Shown: piece by piece, positions 1 through 9,775 of the stretch
How the letters are laid out: every line of letters starts with the position of its first letter
How positions within the stretch are numbered: position 1 is the stretch's first letter
NCBI GenBank assembly: GCA_947175875.1
Contig: CAMWON010000002.1
Location: 80,357-144,356 of the forward strand
Direction of reading: 5' to 3'
Length of the DNA: 64,000 nucleotides
Source of the DNA: an uncultured Alphaproteobacteria bacterium
GTDB lineage: Bacteria; Pseudomonadota; Alphaproteobacteria; Rs-D84
The notes under the pieces: model-generated
Database searches by the model: none
The model's input: only the letters and a program-made list of their open reading frames with translations
What the model was told of the DNA's origin: nothing
Translations under genes and position numbers: made by a program

Positions 1-881
1 GATTGCTCCGGTGTGCAGTAAATGTACTGTTCCACCTTGTTGAACTGATGAAAACGGACCAGGCCGCGCGTGTCGCGACCGGCGGCGCCGGCCTCTTTGC
101 GAAAGCACGGCGAGAAGCCCGCGTACTTAATCGGCAGTTCTTTTTCCGTTAATATTTCACCGCTGTGCAGCGAGTTCAAAATTATTTCCGCCGTTCCGGC
201 CAGGCATCGGTCGGTGCCGGTCAGCATGAATACGTCGTCGTTCATGACCGACATGTCCGCACCCATAAAGTGGCCCGCGTTGAATATTGTTTGCGGCTTG
301 GTAATGGACGGGCATTCGACAAAGCGAAAGCCTTTCTGAATCAGTTTTTGTATCACGTATGTTTCAATCGCCAGCTGTAATTCAGCCGCCTCGCCCATAA
401 GGGCGTATGTGCGCGTGCCGCAGATGCCTGCGATTTTTTCCGGCGCCCACCAGTTGTTCATGTCCAGCAAATCCCACTGGGCGCGCGGGGTAAAGTCAAA
501 CTTGCGCGGCGTGCCGACGCGGCGTACCTCTACGTTTTCCGTGTCGTCACGGCCGACGGGGGCGCCGGGCGCCGGAATCTGCGGAACGCGGTGCATTAAA
601 TCGGTAAGCAATGTCTCTTTTTCCGCCAGTTCGGCCAGCTCGGCCGCTATTTCCTCGCCTATCTTTTTAGAGGCGGCAATCAGCGGCGCCTTGTCGGCGG
701 CGGTGGGAATTTCGCGTGTAATTTTGTTCTTTTCCGCGGTTTTGGTCTGCGTCAATGTTTTTAATTCGCGCACGCGCGCGTCCAGCGCCAGGATTTCGTC
801 GGTATGATCCTCAAACCCCTTGACCCGGCATGCGTTTTTCACCATGTCCGGATTTTCGCGTATGAATCTTATATCCAGCAT
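1..881 (-). CDS. serS: Seryl-tRNA synthetase (partial; C-terminal part lies beyond the window edge)
   Basis: Reverse-complement translation from the ATG at 881..879 gives MLDIRFIRENPDMVKNACRVKGF..., then a coiled-coil N-arm and a class-II core (FRKEAGAAGRDTRGLVRFHQFNKVEQ). It stays open to position 1. It is absent from the ORF track because it runs off the window. Confidence 0.85.
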   Translation of the reverse strand, partial: MLDIRFIRENPDMVKNACRVKGFEDHTDEILALDARVRELKTLTQTKTAEKNKITREIPTAADKAPLIAASKKIGEEIAAELAELAEKETLLTDLMHRVPQIPAPGAPVGRDDTENVEVRRVGTPRKFDFTPRAQWDLLDMNNWWAPEKIAGICGTRTYALMGEAAELQLAIETYVIQKLIQKGFRFVECPSITKPQTIFNAGHFMGADMSVMNDDVFMLTGTDRCLAGTAEIILNSLHSGEILTEKELPIKYAGFSPCFRKEAGAAGRDTRGLVRFHQFNKVEQYIYCTPEQ

Positions 882-1012
882 TTTTATTCCTCTTTTGCAT
901 CGTATCATAGTATCAAGGGCGCGCGTTCGCAATTATAAAATGCATTTGCAGAGGGGCTTTTCGTATGTTATGCTTTGCCCGACAAAGACAAGAAACAGAA
1001 AGGAAATACATT

Positions 1013-1921
1013 ATGAACGAAATTGTCATGCATGACGTGATTATACTGGGCTCGGGGCCTGCGGGATTGACGGCGGCGCTGTATTGTGCGCGCGGCGGCA
1101 AGAAAACCCTGGTTCTGGGCGGTGATACGCTGGGCGGCCAGACGGCCGGTATTGCGAAACTGGAAAATTATCCCGGCTGGGCCGGCAGCGGCGCCGAACT
1201 GTCCGAATTTATGAAAAAACAGGCCGAGACTTTCGGGGCCGAGGTTGTGTTCACATCCGCCAAAACCATATCCGGTGACGCGGAAAGCGGTTTTAACGTT
1301 CTGTGCGACAACGGCATGCGTTATGCCGGGCGTACGGTTATCATCGCAACCGGGGCCAGCCCGCGTCGTCTGCAGATAGATGGGGCGCGTGAATTCATGG
1401 GCAAGGGCGTGTCGTACTGTGCGACGTGCGACGGATTCTTTTATCATGAAAAAGACGTCATTGTCATGGGCGGCGGAAACAGTGCGCTGAACGATGCGCT
1501 GTATCTGGCTGACATTGCGAAAAACGTAAAGATTGTGTACCGCAAGGGCGCATTTACCCGTGCCGAGGCCATTTTGCGCCAGCGCGTTGCAGAGCGTGAA
1601 AATATAGAATGTCTGTTCAATACGGACCTGGTAAAGATTGCCGCCGCGCCGGACGACCGTTTGGTTGTAACCACCACCGACGGGGGCGAAATTGTGACGG
1701 ACGGGCTGTTTGTCGCCATCGGGCATGAGGCGAACACCGATTACTTGACCGAAGACGTGGCGCGCGACAATATGGGACGCTTGGCGCCGGAAAGTCTGCC
1801 GGCCGGAATGTTTGTTGCGGGCGACGTTTATTCGGGGTTAAAGATGCAGATTGCGACCGCCGTCGGTACGGGGTGCAGTGCGGGTATGGACGCGATTGCG
1901 TATCTGAATTCACGCAGCTGA
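1013..1921 (+). CDS. trxB: Thioredoxin-disulfide reductase
   Basis: MNEIVMHDVIILGSGPAGLTAALY FAD motif; redox-active CATCDGFF; second NAD(P) motif VMGGGNSALNDALYL. RBS aggaaa 7 nt upstream of the ATG at 1013, chosen over the 965 ORF start. Confidence 0.9.
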   Translation: MNEIVMHDVIILGSGPAGLTAALYCARGGKKTLVLGGDTLGGQTAGIAKLENYPGWAGSGAELSEFMKKQAETFGAEVVFTSAKTISGDAESGFNVLCDNGMRYAGRTVIIATGASPRRLQIDGAREFMGKGVSYCATCDGFFYHEKDVIVMGGGNSALNDALYLADIAKNVKIVYRKGAFTRAEAILRQRVAERENIECLFNTDLVKIAAAPDDRLVVTTTDGGEIVTDGLFVAIGHEANTDYLTEDVARDNMGRLAPESLPAGMFVAGDVYSGLKMQIATAVGTGCSAGMDAIAYLNSRS

Positions 1922-1927
1922 TAAAAA

Positions 1928-1953
1928 TCCCCGCGGGTTGCGGGGATTTTTTT
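1928..1953. terminator. Bidirectional rho-independent terminator between convergent trxB and the J-domain gene
   Basis: GC hairpin tccccgcgggttgcgggga followed by a T-run on the plus strand and preceded by an A-run (a T-run on the minus strand). Confidence 0.6.
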
Positions 1954-2455
1954 ATTTCTTGCCGAAATATTTTTTCAGCGTTTCGTACGCCGCCGTTATT
2001 TTTGCAAACTCCGCGGCGGCGTTGTCTATGCCGCGGGCGGTGTCGGGGTGGTATTTTTTCGCCAGTGCGCGGTACTTCACACCCACGTCGCGCCAGGTGG
2101 CCGTCGGTGCCAGCGAAAGCGTTTTCAGTGCCGCCGTCATGGGCCCGGGCGTTTTTGACGGGGCCGGGCGGTGGTCAAATTCACTGCGCCCGTTGATAAA
2201 GTCGTTTATGAATTTTACGTAATCCGCCGCATCGGCGTTGGCGTCGTTTTTGTCACGCAACGGGGCGCCGAACGTCTGGCGCTCCCAGTCGTCCTCTATC
2301 TCGTCCGCGGTCATATTTGCGTAAAAGTTCCAGTTCTTGTTGTATTCCGCCGCGTGTTCCTGGCAAAAGAACCAGTATTCCTTTAAATCGCGGGATTTGG
2401 GCGCGCGGCATGTGCCCGCCTTAGTACATCCGGCGTGGTCGCATTTTTTTATCAT
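1952..2455 (-). CDS. J-domain (DnaJ-like) protein with an N-terminal Cys/His-rich zinc-finger-like segment
   Basis: C-terminal J-domain signature (KYRALAKKYHPDT). N-terminus CDHAGC...C...C..H. 167 aa. Confidence 0.65.
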   Translation of the reverse strand: MIKKCDHAGCTKAGTCRAPKSRDLKEYWFFCQEHAAEYNKNWNFYANMTADEIEDDWERQTFGAPLRDKNDANADAADYVKFINDFINGRSEFDHRPAPSKTPGPMTAALKTLSLAPTATWRDVGVKYRALAKKYHPDTARGIDNAAAEFAKITAAYETLKKYFGKK

Positions 2456-2457
2456 TT

Positions 2458-3321
2458 CTACCCCTCTGATTTTTGGTGCCCCAGCGGGTGACAGTTTCGC
2501 ACCGTGTCAACCAACCGGTCCGGCATTACGTGTGTATATATTTGCGTGGTCGATATATCCTCGTGCCCCAGCATTGTCTGAATCGCGCGCAGATTCGCGC
2601 CGCCCGCCAGCAGGTGCGACGCAAAAGAGTGGCGCAGGACATGCGGGCTGACGCGGTTCGGGTCGATGCCGGAGAGCACCGCGCATTTTTTCAAAATCTT
2701 AAAAAATCCGTCACGGGTTATATGGCCCGATTTTCCGTTTGACGGGAAAACGTACTTTGAATCCGCGTCGCCGCGCACCTGCAGCCATTTTGTTAATGCC
2801 GCCTCGGCCCCGGCGTGCATGGGAACGATGCGCTCTTTGGCGCCCTTGCCGTGAATTAACAGGCGCCCCGGCAAAACGGCCGTTGTCGGCAGCGTGCACA
2901 ATTCCGACACGCGCAGTCCGGATGCATACAGCAGCTCTATCATCGCGCGCAGACGCGTTGCGTTCCGCGTGTCGCCGGCGGACGATATAATTAAGTCTAT
3001 TTCCTGCATCGTGAGTAATTTCGGCAACAATTTTTCGCGCTTTGGCAGTTCCAGGCCGGCCGCCGGGTTTTTTGTTATTATTTTCTCCAGCATCAAAAAT
3101 TTATAGAACCCGCGCAGTGCGCTGGCGTGGCGCGCGATGGACGACGCCTTGTCCGGCAGTGCGGCCAGATATGCGGCCAGGTCGTCCGCAGTCGCCGCCA
3201 GCAGGCCGCCCGGCAATGCACCGTCCGCCGCGCGCAGGTCCGATGCGTACGAGTCCAGCGTATTTTTTGCCCGCCCGCGTTCCGCGGCCAGCGCCTCTAA
3301 AAACAAATCGATGTAATTCAT
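2458..3321 (-). CDS. xerD: Tyrosine site-specific recombinase, XerC/XerD family (XerD-like)
   Basis: AMIELLYASGLRVSEL, VLRHSFASHLL, LGHEDISTTQIYTHV and the catalytic R..HxxR..Y layout. Closest by eye to XerD (E. coli AMLEVLYATGLRVSEL / LGHSDLSTTQIYTHV). Confidence 0.7.
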   Translation of the reverse strand: MNYIDLFLEALAAERGRAKNTLDSYASDLRAADGALPGGLLAATADDLAAYLAALPDKASSIARHASALRGFYKFLMLEKIITKNPAAGLELPKREKLLPKLLTMQEIDLIISSAGDTRNATRLRAMIELLYASGLRVSELCTLPTTAVLPGRLLIHGKGAKERIVPMHAGAEAALTKWLQVRGDADSKYVFPSNGKSGHITRDGFFKILKKCAVLSGIDPNRVSPHVLRHSFASHLLAGGANLRAIQTMLGHEDISTTQIYTHVMPDRLVDTVRNCHPLGHQKSEG

Positions 3322-3455
3322 GGATACAGGACGATTTCCGTGACGTTTTGTGCCGGCGGGAACGATATTATCATAAGCGCAACCAACAGGATGACAATTC
3401 CCGCGATGATAATTCTGTTGCGTATTTTATTGTTTTTCTTTTTCTTTAACGGCAT
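3318..3455 (-). CDS. Small hydrophobic protein (45 aa) translationally coupled to xerD
   Basis: MPLKKKKNNKIRNRIIIAGIVILLVALMIISFPP...: one TM helix. Its TGA stop overlaps the xerD ATG (ATGA). GGGGA-like RBS about 9 nt upstream. It is below the ORF-track size cutoff from the internal Met. Confidence 0.3.
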   Translation of the reverse strand: MPLKKKKNNKIRNRIIIAGIVILLVALMIISFPPAQNVTEIVLYP

Positions 3456-3474
3456 TGTGCGTCCCCACGTTGTT

Positions 3475-4533
3475 TTATATTGTATCAAAGCTGGCGATGA
3501 ATGCGCCGGCGGCCGCAATGATAATCAGCGGCGGCGCCACAACCGCCAGCAACGGCGGCAATGCGCCGGTCGAGCCCAGCGCGCTGAACATGTTCAACAT
3601 AAAGTACAGCGCAAAGCAGGTAATTATGCCCATGCCGAATTTCACGCTGAACGAATAGTTGCGGCGCTGCTTGGTCTGGGAAAATGCCACGCCAAGCGAG
3701 GCCATCGCAATCATTGTCAACGGCAGAAACAGCAGCGTCCAGAACTGAATCAGATGACCGCGCACGGGCAGGCCGATGTCGTTCATTTTTTCAATAAAGC
3801 GCGGCAGCTGCCAGAATGAAATCTGGTCGGGCTGCATGTATCGGTCAAGAACGTTTTGCGGGTTTAACAGACTGGGGCTGTGCCAATCGGCGCGGCGCAT
3901 GCGCGCGGCGGCGTCCCAAATCTGGGCGTTTGCCGCGGAAAGCCCTTCGTCCGACAATGTGATGGTGTCGGCGATTACGCGCTCGGTTATTTTAAAGTTC
4001 GTGTTCTGGACGTACAGCACCGCGTTTTCAAACGACAGTACGCCCGGCGCCGCATGCATGTTTTGGGCCTTCATCGTGATAAAGCCCGCCGGCGACGATT
4101 CACGCAGCCATATTGCGTCGTCCACCAATTTTAGCTGGTCCGCGGAAATGTTCTTGGTGCTAAGCCGGACGGAATACGGATTTATGACCGTCGTTGCAAA
4201 CACGCCAATCAGTGCGGCGCCAATCAGCAGAGGGCGCGCCGCCTGGTACGGGGACAGGCCCGCACTGGACACAATGATGCTTTCGCTGGACTTGGTAAGA
4301 TTGTATGAGGCCAACAGTGTGCCCATGAACACCGCCATCGGCAAGAACAGCGGCACGTATTCGAGCAGGCGCAGCCATGCATCGGCCAGCGTTTCGGCCA
4401 CCGTCGGGTTGGCGGGCAGGCGTTCTACAAACGTGACGGCCAGAATTATCCCGCACACGACCAGCATTACCAGGCCGACGCCTGAAAAAAAGCGCCGCAT
4501 TAAAAATCGGTTTAAAATATTGAACTTAAACAT
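3475..4533 (-). CDS. LptF/LptG-family lipopolysaccharide export permease
   Basis: 352 aa with N-terminal TM helices, a large periplasmic loop and C-terminal TM helices. Typical YjgP/YjgQ architecture. Only one copy is present here, with no adjacent partner. Confidence 0.8.
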   Translation of the reverse strand: MFKFNILNRFLMRRFFSGVGLVMLVVCGIILAVTFVERLPANPTVAETLADAWLRLLEYVPLFLPMAVFMGTLLASYNLTKSSESIIVSSAGLSPYQAARPLLIGAALIGVFATTVINPYSVRLSTKNISADQLKLVDDAIWLRESSPAGFITMKAQNMHAAPGVLSFENAVLYVQNTNFKITERVIADTITLSDEGLSAANAQIWDAAARMRRADWHSPSLLNPQNVLDRYMQPDQISFWQLPRFIEKMNDIGLPVRGHLIQFWTLLFLPLTMIAMASLGVAFSQTKQRRNYSFSVKFGMGIITCFALYFMLNMFSALGSTGALPPLLAVVAPPLIIIAAAGAFIASFDTI

Positions 4534-4618
4534 TGCTTTTAAGTATATATCCTTGAAATGATAATTGCAAAATTAAAATGAAAGCTTATAATTGCCGGTA
4601 AAATACAGGAAAGATAAA

Positions 4619-5089
4619 ATGGAAAAGAAACCGATTTCACGCGCCGGGTTTGACGCGTTGCTTAAAGAATTAAAAGATTTAAAGGAAGTTCAGCGACCCG
4701 AGATTTTAAAAACGGTGCAGTGGGCGCGCTCTTTGGGCGATTTGTCCGAAAACGCGGACTACAGCGCGGCCAAGGAAAAGCAGCGCCAGATTGACAAGCG
4801 CATCCAGTTCATAGAGGGCGTTGTCGGAAACGCCAATGTTATTGATGTTGAAAGCCTGTCGGGCGACCGCGTCGTGTTCGGCGCCAAGGTTGTCGCCGAG
4901 GACGACGACGGCAACCGCATGCAGTGCCGAATTCTGTCGGATATAGAGGCCGACGGGCGTAGCGTGATTTCATGCACGTCGCCGGTTGGGCGCGCGCTGA
5001 TTGGGCGGTGCGTCGGCGACACGTGCGTGGTGCGCTTGCCGGGCGGTGAAAAGGAATACGAAATTTTGTCTGTCACATTCAAGGATTGA
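4619..5089 (+). CDS. greA: Transcription elongation factor GreA
   Basis: MEKKPISRAGFDALLKELKDLKEV...SENADYSAAKEKQ; C-terminal FKBP-like domain. RBS aggaaag upstream of the ATG at 4619. The 4592 ORF start is an upstream extension. Confidence 0.9.
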   Translation: MEKKPISRAGFDALLKELKDLKEVQRPEILKTVQWARSLGDLSENADYSAAKEKQRQIDKRIQFIEGVVGNANVIDVESLSGDRVVFGAKVVAEDDDGNRMQCRILSDIEADGRSVISCTSPVGRALIGRCVGDTCVVRLPGGEKEYEILSVTFKD

Positions 5090-5095
5090 TCCCGC

Positions 5096-6892
5096 ATGTC
5101 CGTACGCGTTTTGCCAGACTTTTTAATCAACCAGATTGCCGCAGGCGAGGTGGTTGAACGCCCCGCATCCGTGGTAAAGGAGCTGGTGGAAAATGCGCTG
5201 GACGCGGGTGCGGACCAGATTGTCGTCGATGTGGCGGACGGCGGCCGCACGCTGATATCGGTTGTGGACAACGGCGGCGGAATGAGTGCCGACGATTTAC
5301 GCATTGCGATTACGCGCCACGCAACGTCAAAGCTGCCTGATGACGATTTATTAAATATTAACTTTATGGGATTTCGCGGCGAGGCGCTGCCGTCAATTGC
5401 GTCCGTTGCGGACATGACAATCGACACGTATCGCGCCGGTGGCGAGAACGGCTGGCAGATTGACGCCACCACGGGCGAGGTTCGTCCCAGCGCCTGGGAC
5501 GCGGGAACGCGCGTTCGTGTGCGCAACCTGTTCGGCAAGACGCCGGCGCGTTTAAAGTTTCTGCGTGCGGACCGTGCGGAGATGGCCGGTGTTTTAGAGA
5601 TTATAAAACGCCTGGCGATGGCGCGTCCGGATGTCGGATTTGTGCTGAACGACAAATGGCATTTTACGAAAAATCAGGATTTGGAAGAGCGTATTGCGGC
5701 CGTCATGGGCGACGATGTGCGCGGGAATCTGCTGCGCGTCGATGCGGCGTCCGCGTCCGACGCGTCAATGCGCCTGACGGGGTTTATTTCCCGGCCGACG
5801 CTGCGGCGTGCGTCAAGCGTGGACCAGTATCTGTTTGTGAACGGCCGGCCGGTCAAGGACAAGGTTCTGGTCGGGGCGTTGCGCGCCGCGTATATGGACG
5901 TGATGCATGCGCGTGAATTTCCGTTGTGCGCGCTGTATCTGACGCTGAATCCGCGCAATGTGGACGTGAATGTTTCGCCCGCCAAGACAGAGGTACATTT
6001 CTTAGAGCCCGCGCACGTTCGAGCGTTCATAATAAAATCGTTACGCACCGCGCTGGCCGAGACGATGAGCGAGATTGCATCGCGCGCAAGCGCGCCGGCA
6101 TATTCGGCGCCGACACAGCAAAGTTTGTCGCCCCGCATGGATTTTCATTTGACGCCGTTTATATCTCCGGCGCCCACGGCGTCAATGCGCGTATGCGCGC
6201 CAGAGGTGCGCTCGGAAAATTTCGGACCGTTTGCGGGTGCGGTTTCGCGTACAGCGGCCCCGGCCGTGGCGACGCCCGCGGCATGTGCGGAAAAAGACGT
6301 GGCGGCGGATGCGGGTGTTTTTGACGAGATGCCGCTGGGGCGTGCAATCGGGCAATTTGGGAACAAATACATAATTGCGGCGCGCGGCGACGATTTTATC
6401 ATCGTGGACCAGCATGCGGCGCATGAACGCATAACGTATGAACGGCTGCGCATGCATGCGGTAAAGGTGCAGCCGTTGTTGACGCCGATTGTTGTGACGC
6501 TGCGCGCCGAAGACGTCGATGCGATAACGGGCGTTGCCGACGAATTGGCGGCGTGCGGCTTGACGCTGGACGCGTTTGGCGAGGATGCGGTCGCGATATC
6601 GGCCAAGCCCGCCGACTGGGACCTGAACTGGCGCGAGGTTTTGCACGCCGTCGCGGACGAGGTGCGCGCCAACGGCGCGTCGGCGCAGCTGCATGAAAGG
6701 CTGCATTTAAAGCTGGCGAACTTTGCGTGCCATCACAGCGTGCGCGCGGGCCAGCGCCTGGATATTGACAGCATGAACGCACTGTTGCGCGACATAGAAC
6801 GCACCCAGCGCGCAGGCCAGTGCAACCACGGCCGACCCGTGTACAAGATTATTCCGATGCATGAAATCGACGGCTGGTTTGAACGCGCCTGA
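5096..6892 (+). CDS. mutL: DNA mismatch repair protein MutL
   Basis: N-terminal GHKL ATPase motifs (VVKELVENALDAGA, DNGGGM) and C-terminal dimerisation domain. 598 aa. Confidence 0.9.
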   Translation: MSVRVLPDFLINQIAAGEVVERPASVVKELVENALDAGADQIVVDVADGGRTLISVVDNGGGMSADDLRIAITRHATSKLPDDDLLNINFMGFRGEALPSIASVADMTIDTYRAGGENGWQIDATTGEVRPSAWDAGTRVRVRNLFGKTPARLKFLRADRAEMAGVLEIIKRLAMARPDVGFVLNDKWHFTKNQDLEERIAAVMGDDVRGNLLRVDAASASDASMRLTGFISRPTLRRASSVDQYLFVNGRPVKDKVLVGALRAAYMDVMHAREFPLCALYLTLNPRNVDVNVSPAKTEVHFLEPAHVRAFIIKSLRTALAETMSEIASRASAPAYSAPTQQSLSPRMDFHLTPFISPAPTASMRVCAPEVRSENFGPFAGAVSRTAAPAVATPAACAEKDVAADAGVFDEMPLGRAIGQFGNKYIIAARGDDFIIVDQHAAHERITYERLRMHAVKVQPLLTPIVVTLRAEDVDAITGVADELAACGLTLDAFGEDAVAISAKPADWDLNWREVLHAVADEVRANGASAQLHERLHLKLANFACHHSVRAGQRLDIDSMNALLRDIERTQRAGQCNHGRPVYKIIPMHEIDGWFERA

Positions 6893-6964
6893 AAATCAAC
6901 TATTTCCTTTACATATGTAGCTTTTTTTTCTATTCTGAGCCTATAAAAGACAAGGAGAATTCAA

Positions 6965-7273
6965 ATGGAAGCTGTTGAAAATGTTGCCGTTGTTGCAGAC
7001 ACGGCGGCGTCCGCGCCCAAAAACGACATATGGGGTTTGTTAATTTACCTGTTGGTTGTATTTGGGATAATCTATCTGTTCATGGTTCGCCCCCAGCGCA
7101 AGCGCATGGCGGAATATAAAAAGATGCTGGACGCGATAAATGTCGGCAACCGCGTAATGGCGGCCGGCATTTACGGCACTGTAAAGAAAGTGGGCGAAAA
7201 AACACTGGAAATAGAAATTGCCAAAGGCGTCGTGGTAGAGGTTAACAAGAATGCCGTCGCCACGGTTGAATAA
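6965..7273 (+). CDS. yajC: Preprotein translocase subunit YajC
   Basis: 102 aa with a single TM (LLIYLLVVFGIIYLFMVRPQRKR) and the canonical position immediately upstream of secD-secF. Confidence 0.85.
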   Translation: MEAVENVAVVADTAASAPKNDIWGLLIYLLVVFGIIYLFMVRPQRKRMAEYKKMLDAINVGNRVMAAGIYGTVKKVGEKTLEIEIAKGVVVEVNKNAVATVE

Positions 7274-7300
7274 TGGGTTGTTGCACAAAGGGATAAGGTT

Positions 7301-8854
7301 ATGTTTAAAAAACTGGCAATAATATTCGTTGCGGTGTTCTGTGTTTTGCTGGCCGTGCCGACAATGGCGCCGAGCGCGGCGAAATATTTCCCGTCCTGGA
7401 TACGTCCGATTCCGCTGGGGTTGGATTTGAAGGGCGGGGCGCAGCTGTTGTTGGAGGTGGACACCGCCACCATGATGCGCGAAAAATCCGCACAGTTGTA
7501 CGAAGAAACGCGCAGCGTTCTGATTGACCGCGACAAGGGTGTCGTGCGTTTTTCAAACCTGCGCAACAACGACGGTGTCGTGTCGTTCGTCGTGCGTGAC
7601 GATGCGGACGTGTCGCGCGCAAAGGGGCGCTTGAAAAGTGCGCTGGGCGGGACGGTTGATATCTCGTCTTCGGGAAAGACGATAACTCTGTCGTATTCGG
7701 ACAAGCAAAAGGAAGAAATGGTTTCCGATGCATTGACGCGTAGTATTGAAATCGTGCGCCGTCGTATTGATGCGCTGGGGACAAAGGAACCCTCCATTCA
7801 GACACAGGGCGGGAAATATATCCTGATTCAGCTGCCCGGTGTCGATAATCCGGAACATATAAAGGAACTTATCGGTCAGACGGCCAAGATGACATTCCAT
7901 TTGGTTAATGAAAATGTCCCGGCCGAGCAGGTTGCGGCCGGCCGCGCGCCGGCGGGAACGGAATTCCTGCCGTATATGGACGCGCCGGAGCAAAAGGTTG
8001 CCGTATACAGCCGTGTAGAGGTGTCGGGTGAATCACTGAAAGATTCCCAGGCCGATTTCGACCAGAACAACATGCCGGTCGTATCCACGGTGTTTGATGC
8101 GACGGGTGCGCGCCGTTTTGCAAAATTGACGACGGAACACGTCGGCGAACGCTTTGCGATTGTATTGGACGGCAAGGTTTTGTCGGCGCCCGTTATCCGT
8201 GAACCGATTCCGGGCGGCCGCGGCCAGATATCCGGCGGATTCACCCTGCAGGGGGCAAAGGATTTGGCCGTACTGCTGCGCAGCGGCGCGTTGCCGGCAC
8301 CGTTGTCGGTTATCGAGGAACGCACGGTCGGCGCGGGCCTGGGGGCGGACACAATCGCCCAGGGTAAAATCGGCTCCGCGGTCGGCGTGCTGTTCGTGCT
8401 GATATTCATGATATTCTTTTACCGCGGATTCGGCGTTATCGCGGACATCGTTCTGCTGGTGAATCTGGCGATGATTATCGGCATATCGGCGCTGTTTGGG
8501 GCGACGCTGACGCTGCCGGGAATTGCGGGTATCGTGCTGACGCTGGGGATGGCGGTTGACGCTAACATTCTGCCGTTTGAAAGAATCCGCGACGAAGTGC
8601 GTGCGGGCGTGCCGTCGCTGCGTGCGGTTGACGTCGGATTCCATCGTTCCATGAAGACGGTACTGGACGGTAATTTGACCAATCTTATCTGCAGTCTTAT
8701 TTTGTTCCAGTTCGGCGCGGGCCCAATTCGCGGCTTTGCGGTGACGCTGTCAATCGGTGTTATCACGACGCTGTTCACGTGCCTGGCACTGTCAAAGGTT
8801 CTGATTGACTGGTACATGAACGGCAAGAACAAAAAAATCGGATTTATCAAATAA
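7301..8854 (+). CDS. secD: Protein translocase subunit SecD
   Basis: 517 aa; N-terminal TM, large periplasmic domain (GLDLKGGAQLLLEVD) and C-terminal 5-TM block. Adjacent to secF. Confidence 0.9.
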   Translation: MFKKLAIIFVAVFCVLLAVPTMAPSAAKYFPSWIRPIPLGLDLKGGAQLLLEVDTATMMREKSAQLYEETRSVLIDRDKGVVRFSNLRNNDGVVSFVVRDDADVSRAKGRLKSALGGTVDISSSGKTITLSYSDKQKEEMVSDALTRSIEIVRRRIDALGTKEPSIQTQGGKYILIQLPGVDNPEHIKELIGQTAKMTFHLVNENVPAEQVAAGRAPAGTEFLPYMDAPEQKVAVYSRVEVSGESLKDSQADFDQNNMPVVSTVFDATGARRFAKLTTEHVGERFAIVLDGKVLSAPVIREPIPGGRGQISGGFTLQGAKDLAVLLRSGALPAPLSVIEERTVGAGLGADTIAQGKIGSAVGVLFVLIFMIFFYRGFGVIADIVLLVNLAMIIGISALFGATLTLPGIAGIVLTLGMAVDANILPFERIRDEVRAGVPSLRAVDVGFHRSMKTVLDGNLTNLICSLILFQFGAGPIRGFAVTLSIGVITTLFTCLALSKVLIDWYMNGKNKKIGFIK

Positions 8855-8876
8855 GGTTGCAAAAAAGGATAATGTT

Positions 8877-9740
8877 ATGAAACTGCACTTTATGAAATAT
8901 CGCAAATTGTCGTACTGGGTTTCCGGTATCCTGGTTGCAATTTCCATTTTGTCGCTGGCGACGCGCGGATTGAATTACGGCATTGACTTTGCCGGCGGCA
9001 TATCGATGGAGGTGACACCGGTCGCCGCGGATTATACAATCGACAAGATGCGCAGCGACCTGTCCGCGTTCAGCCCGGAGCTGCAGTCTGTTGACGGCGG
9101 GTCGATACTGTTGCGCGTGGGCCTGCCAAAGGGCGCGACCGACGCCCAGCAGAATGCGCGCGTGCGTGAAATCAAAGACATTCTGGGCAACAAGGTTCAA
9201 TATTCCCAGGTTCAGATTGTCGGACCAAAAATCGGCGGCGAGCTGGTTCGCGGCGGAATCCTGGCGATTCTGGTGTCGTTTGTATTGATGAGCGTTTATA
9301 TCTGGATTCGTTATCGCGGCGGATATGCGGTCGGCTCGTTCGTGTCGCTGGTGCTGGACTTTGTGCTGATGTTCGGATTCTTTTCCGTTGCGGGTCTGGA
9401 ATTTAACCAGACGTCCATCGCCGTTATCTTGATGGGTATCGGATATTCAATCAACGACAAGGTTGTGAACTATGACCGTATTGATGAAAATATCAAAAAG
9501 TACCACAAGATGCCGATGACGGATTTGATTGACCTGTCGATAAATGAAATGATGCATCGTACGGTTATGACCAGTCTGTCCACCATTTTGGCAATGGTCG
9601 GGCTGTACTTCTTTGGCGGATTGATGCTGAAAGATTTCGCCGTTGCGATGACGTTCGCAATCGTTATGGGAACGCTGACCAGTATCTATATTTCCAACGT
9701 GATTTTGTATCACTTTAACCTGCGCGAGACAAAGTATTAA
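8877..9740 (+). CDS. secF: Protein translocase subunit SecF
   Basis: 287 aa, GIDFAGGISMEV and a 6-TM topology. Directly downstream of secD. Confidence 0.9.
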   Translation: MKLHFMKYRKLSYWVSGILVAISILSLATRGLNYGIDFAGGISMEVTPVAADYTIDKMRSDLSAFSPELQSVDGGSILLRVGLPKGATDAQQNARVREIKDILGNKVQYSQVQIVGPKIGGELVRGGILAILVSFVLMSVYIWIRYRGGYAVGSFVSLVLDFVLMFGFFSVAGLEFNQTSIAVILMGIGYSINDKVVNYDRIDENIKKYHKMPMTDLIDLSINEMMHRTVMTSLSTILAMVGLYFFGGLMLKDFAVAMTFAIVMGTLTSIYISNVILYHFNLRETKY

Positions 9741-9775
9741 ACACTGCGCTGTGGGCACCGATGGGGGGAATGGGC

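Noticed and set aside
409-807. 132-aa plus-strand ORF with Ser/Ala-rich low-complexity translation
   Set aside because: It lies entirely antisense to the well-supported serS coding sequence and has the composition of a GC-rich antisense frame.
968-1726. 252-aa minus-strand ORF
   Set aside because: It is antisense to trxB, Arg/Gly/Ala-rich with no motif, a typical high-GC shadow ORF.
3340-3819. 159-aa plus-strand ORF
   Set aside because: Antisense to the LptF/G permease gene. Arg/Gln-rich low-complexity translation.
4759-5655. 298-aa minus-strand ORF spanning greA and the mutL 5' end
   Set aside because: Ser/Thr/Ala/Arg-rich translation, antisense to two strongly supported genes.
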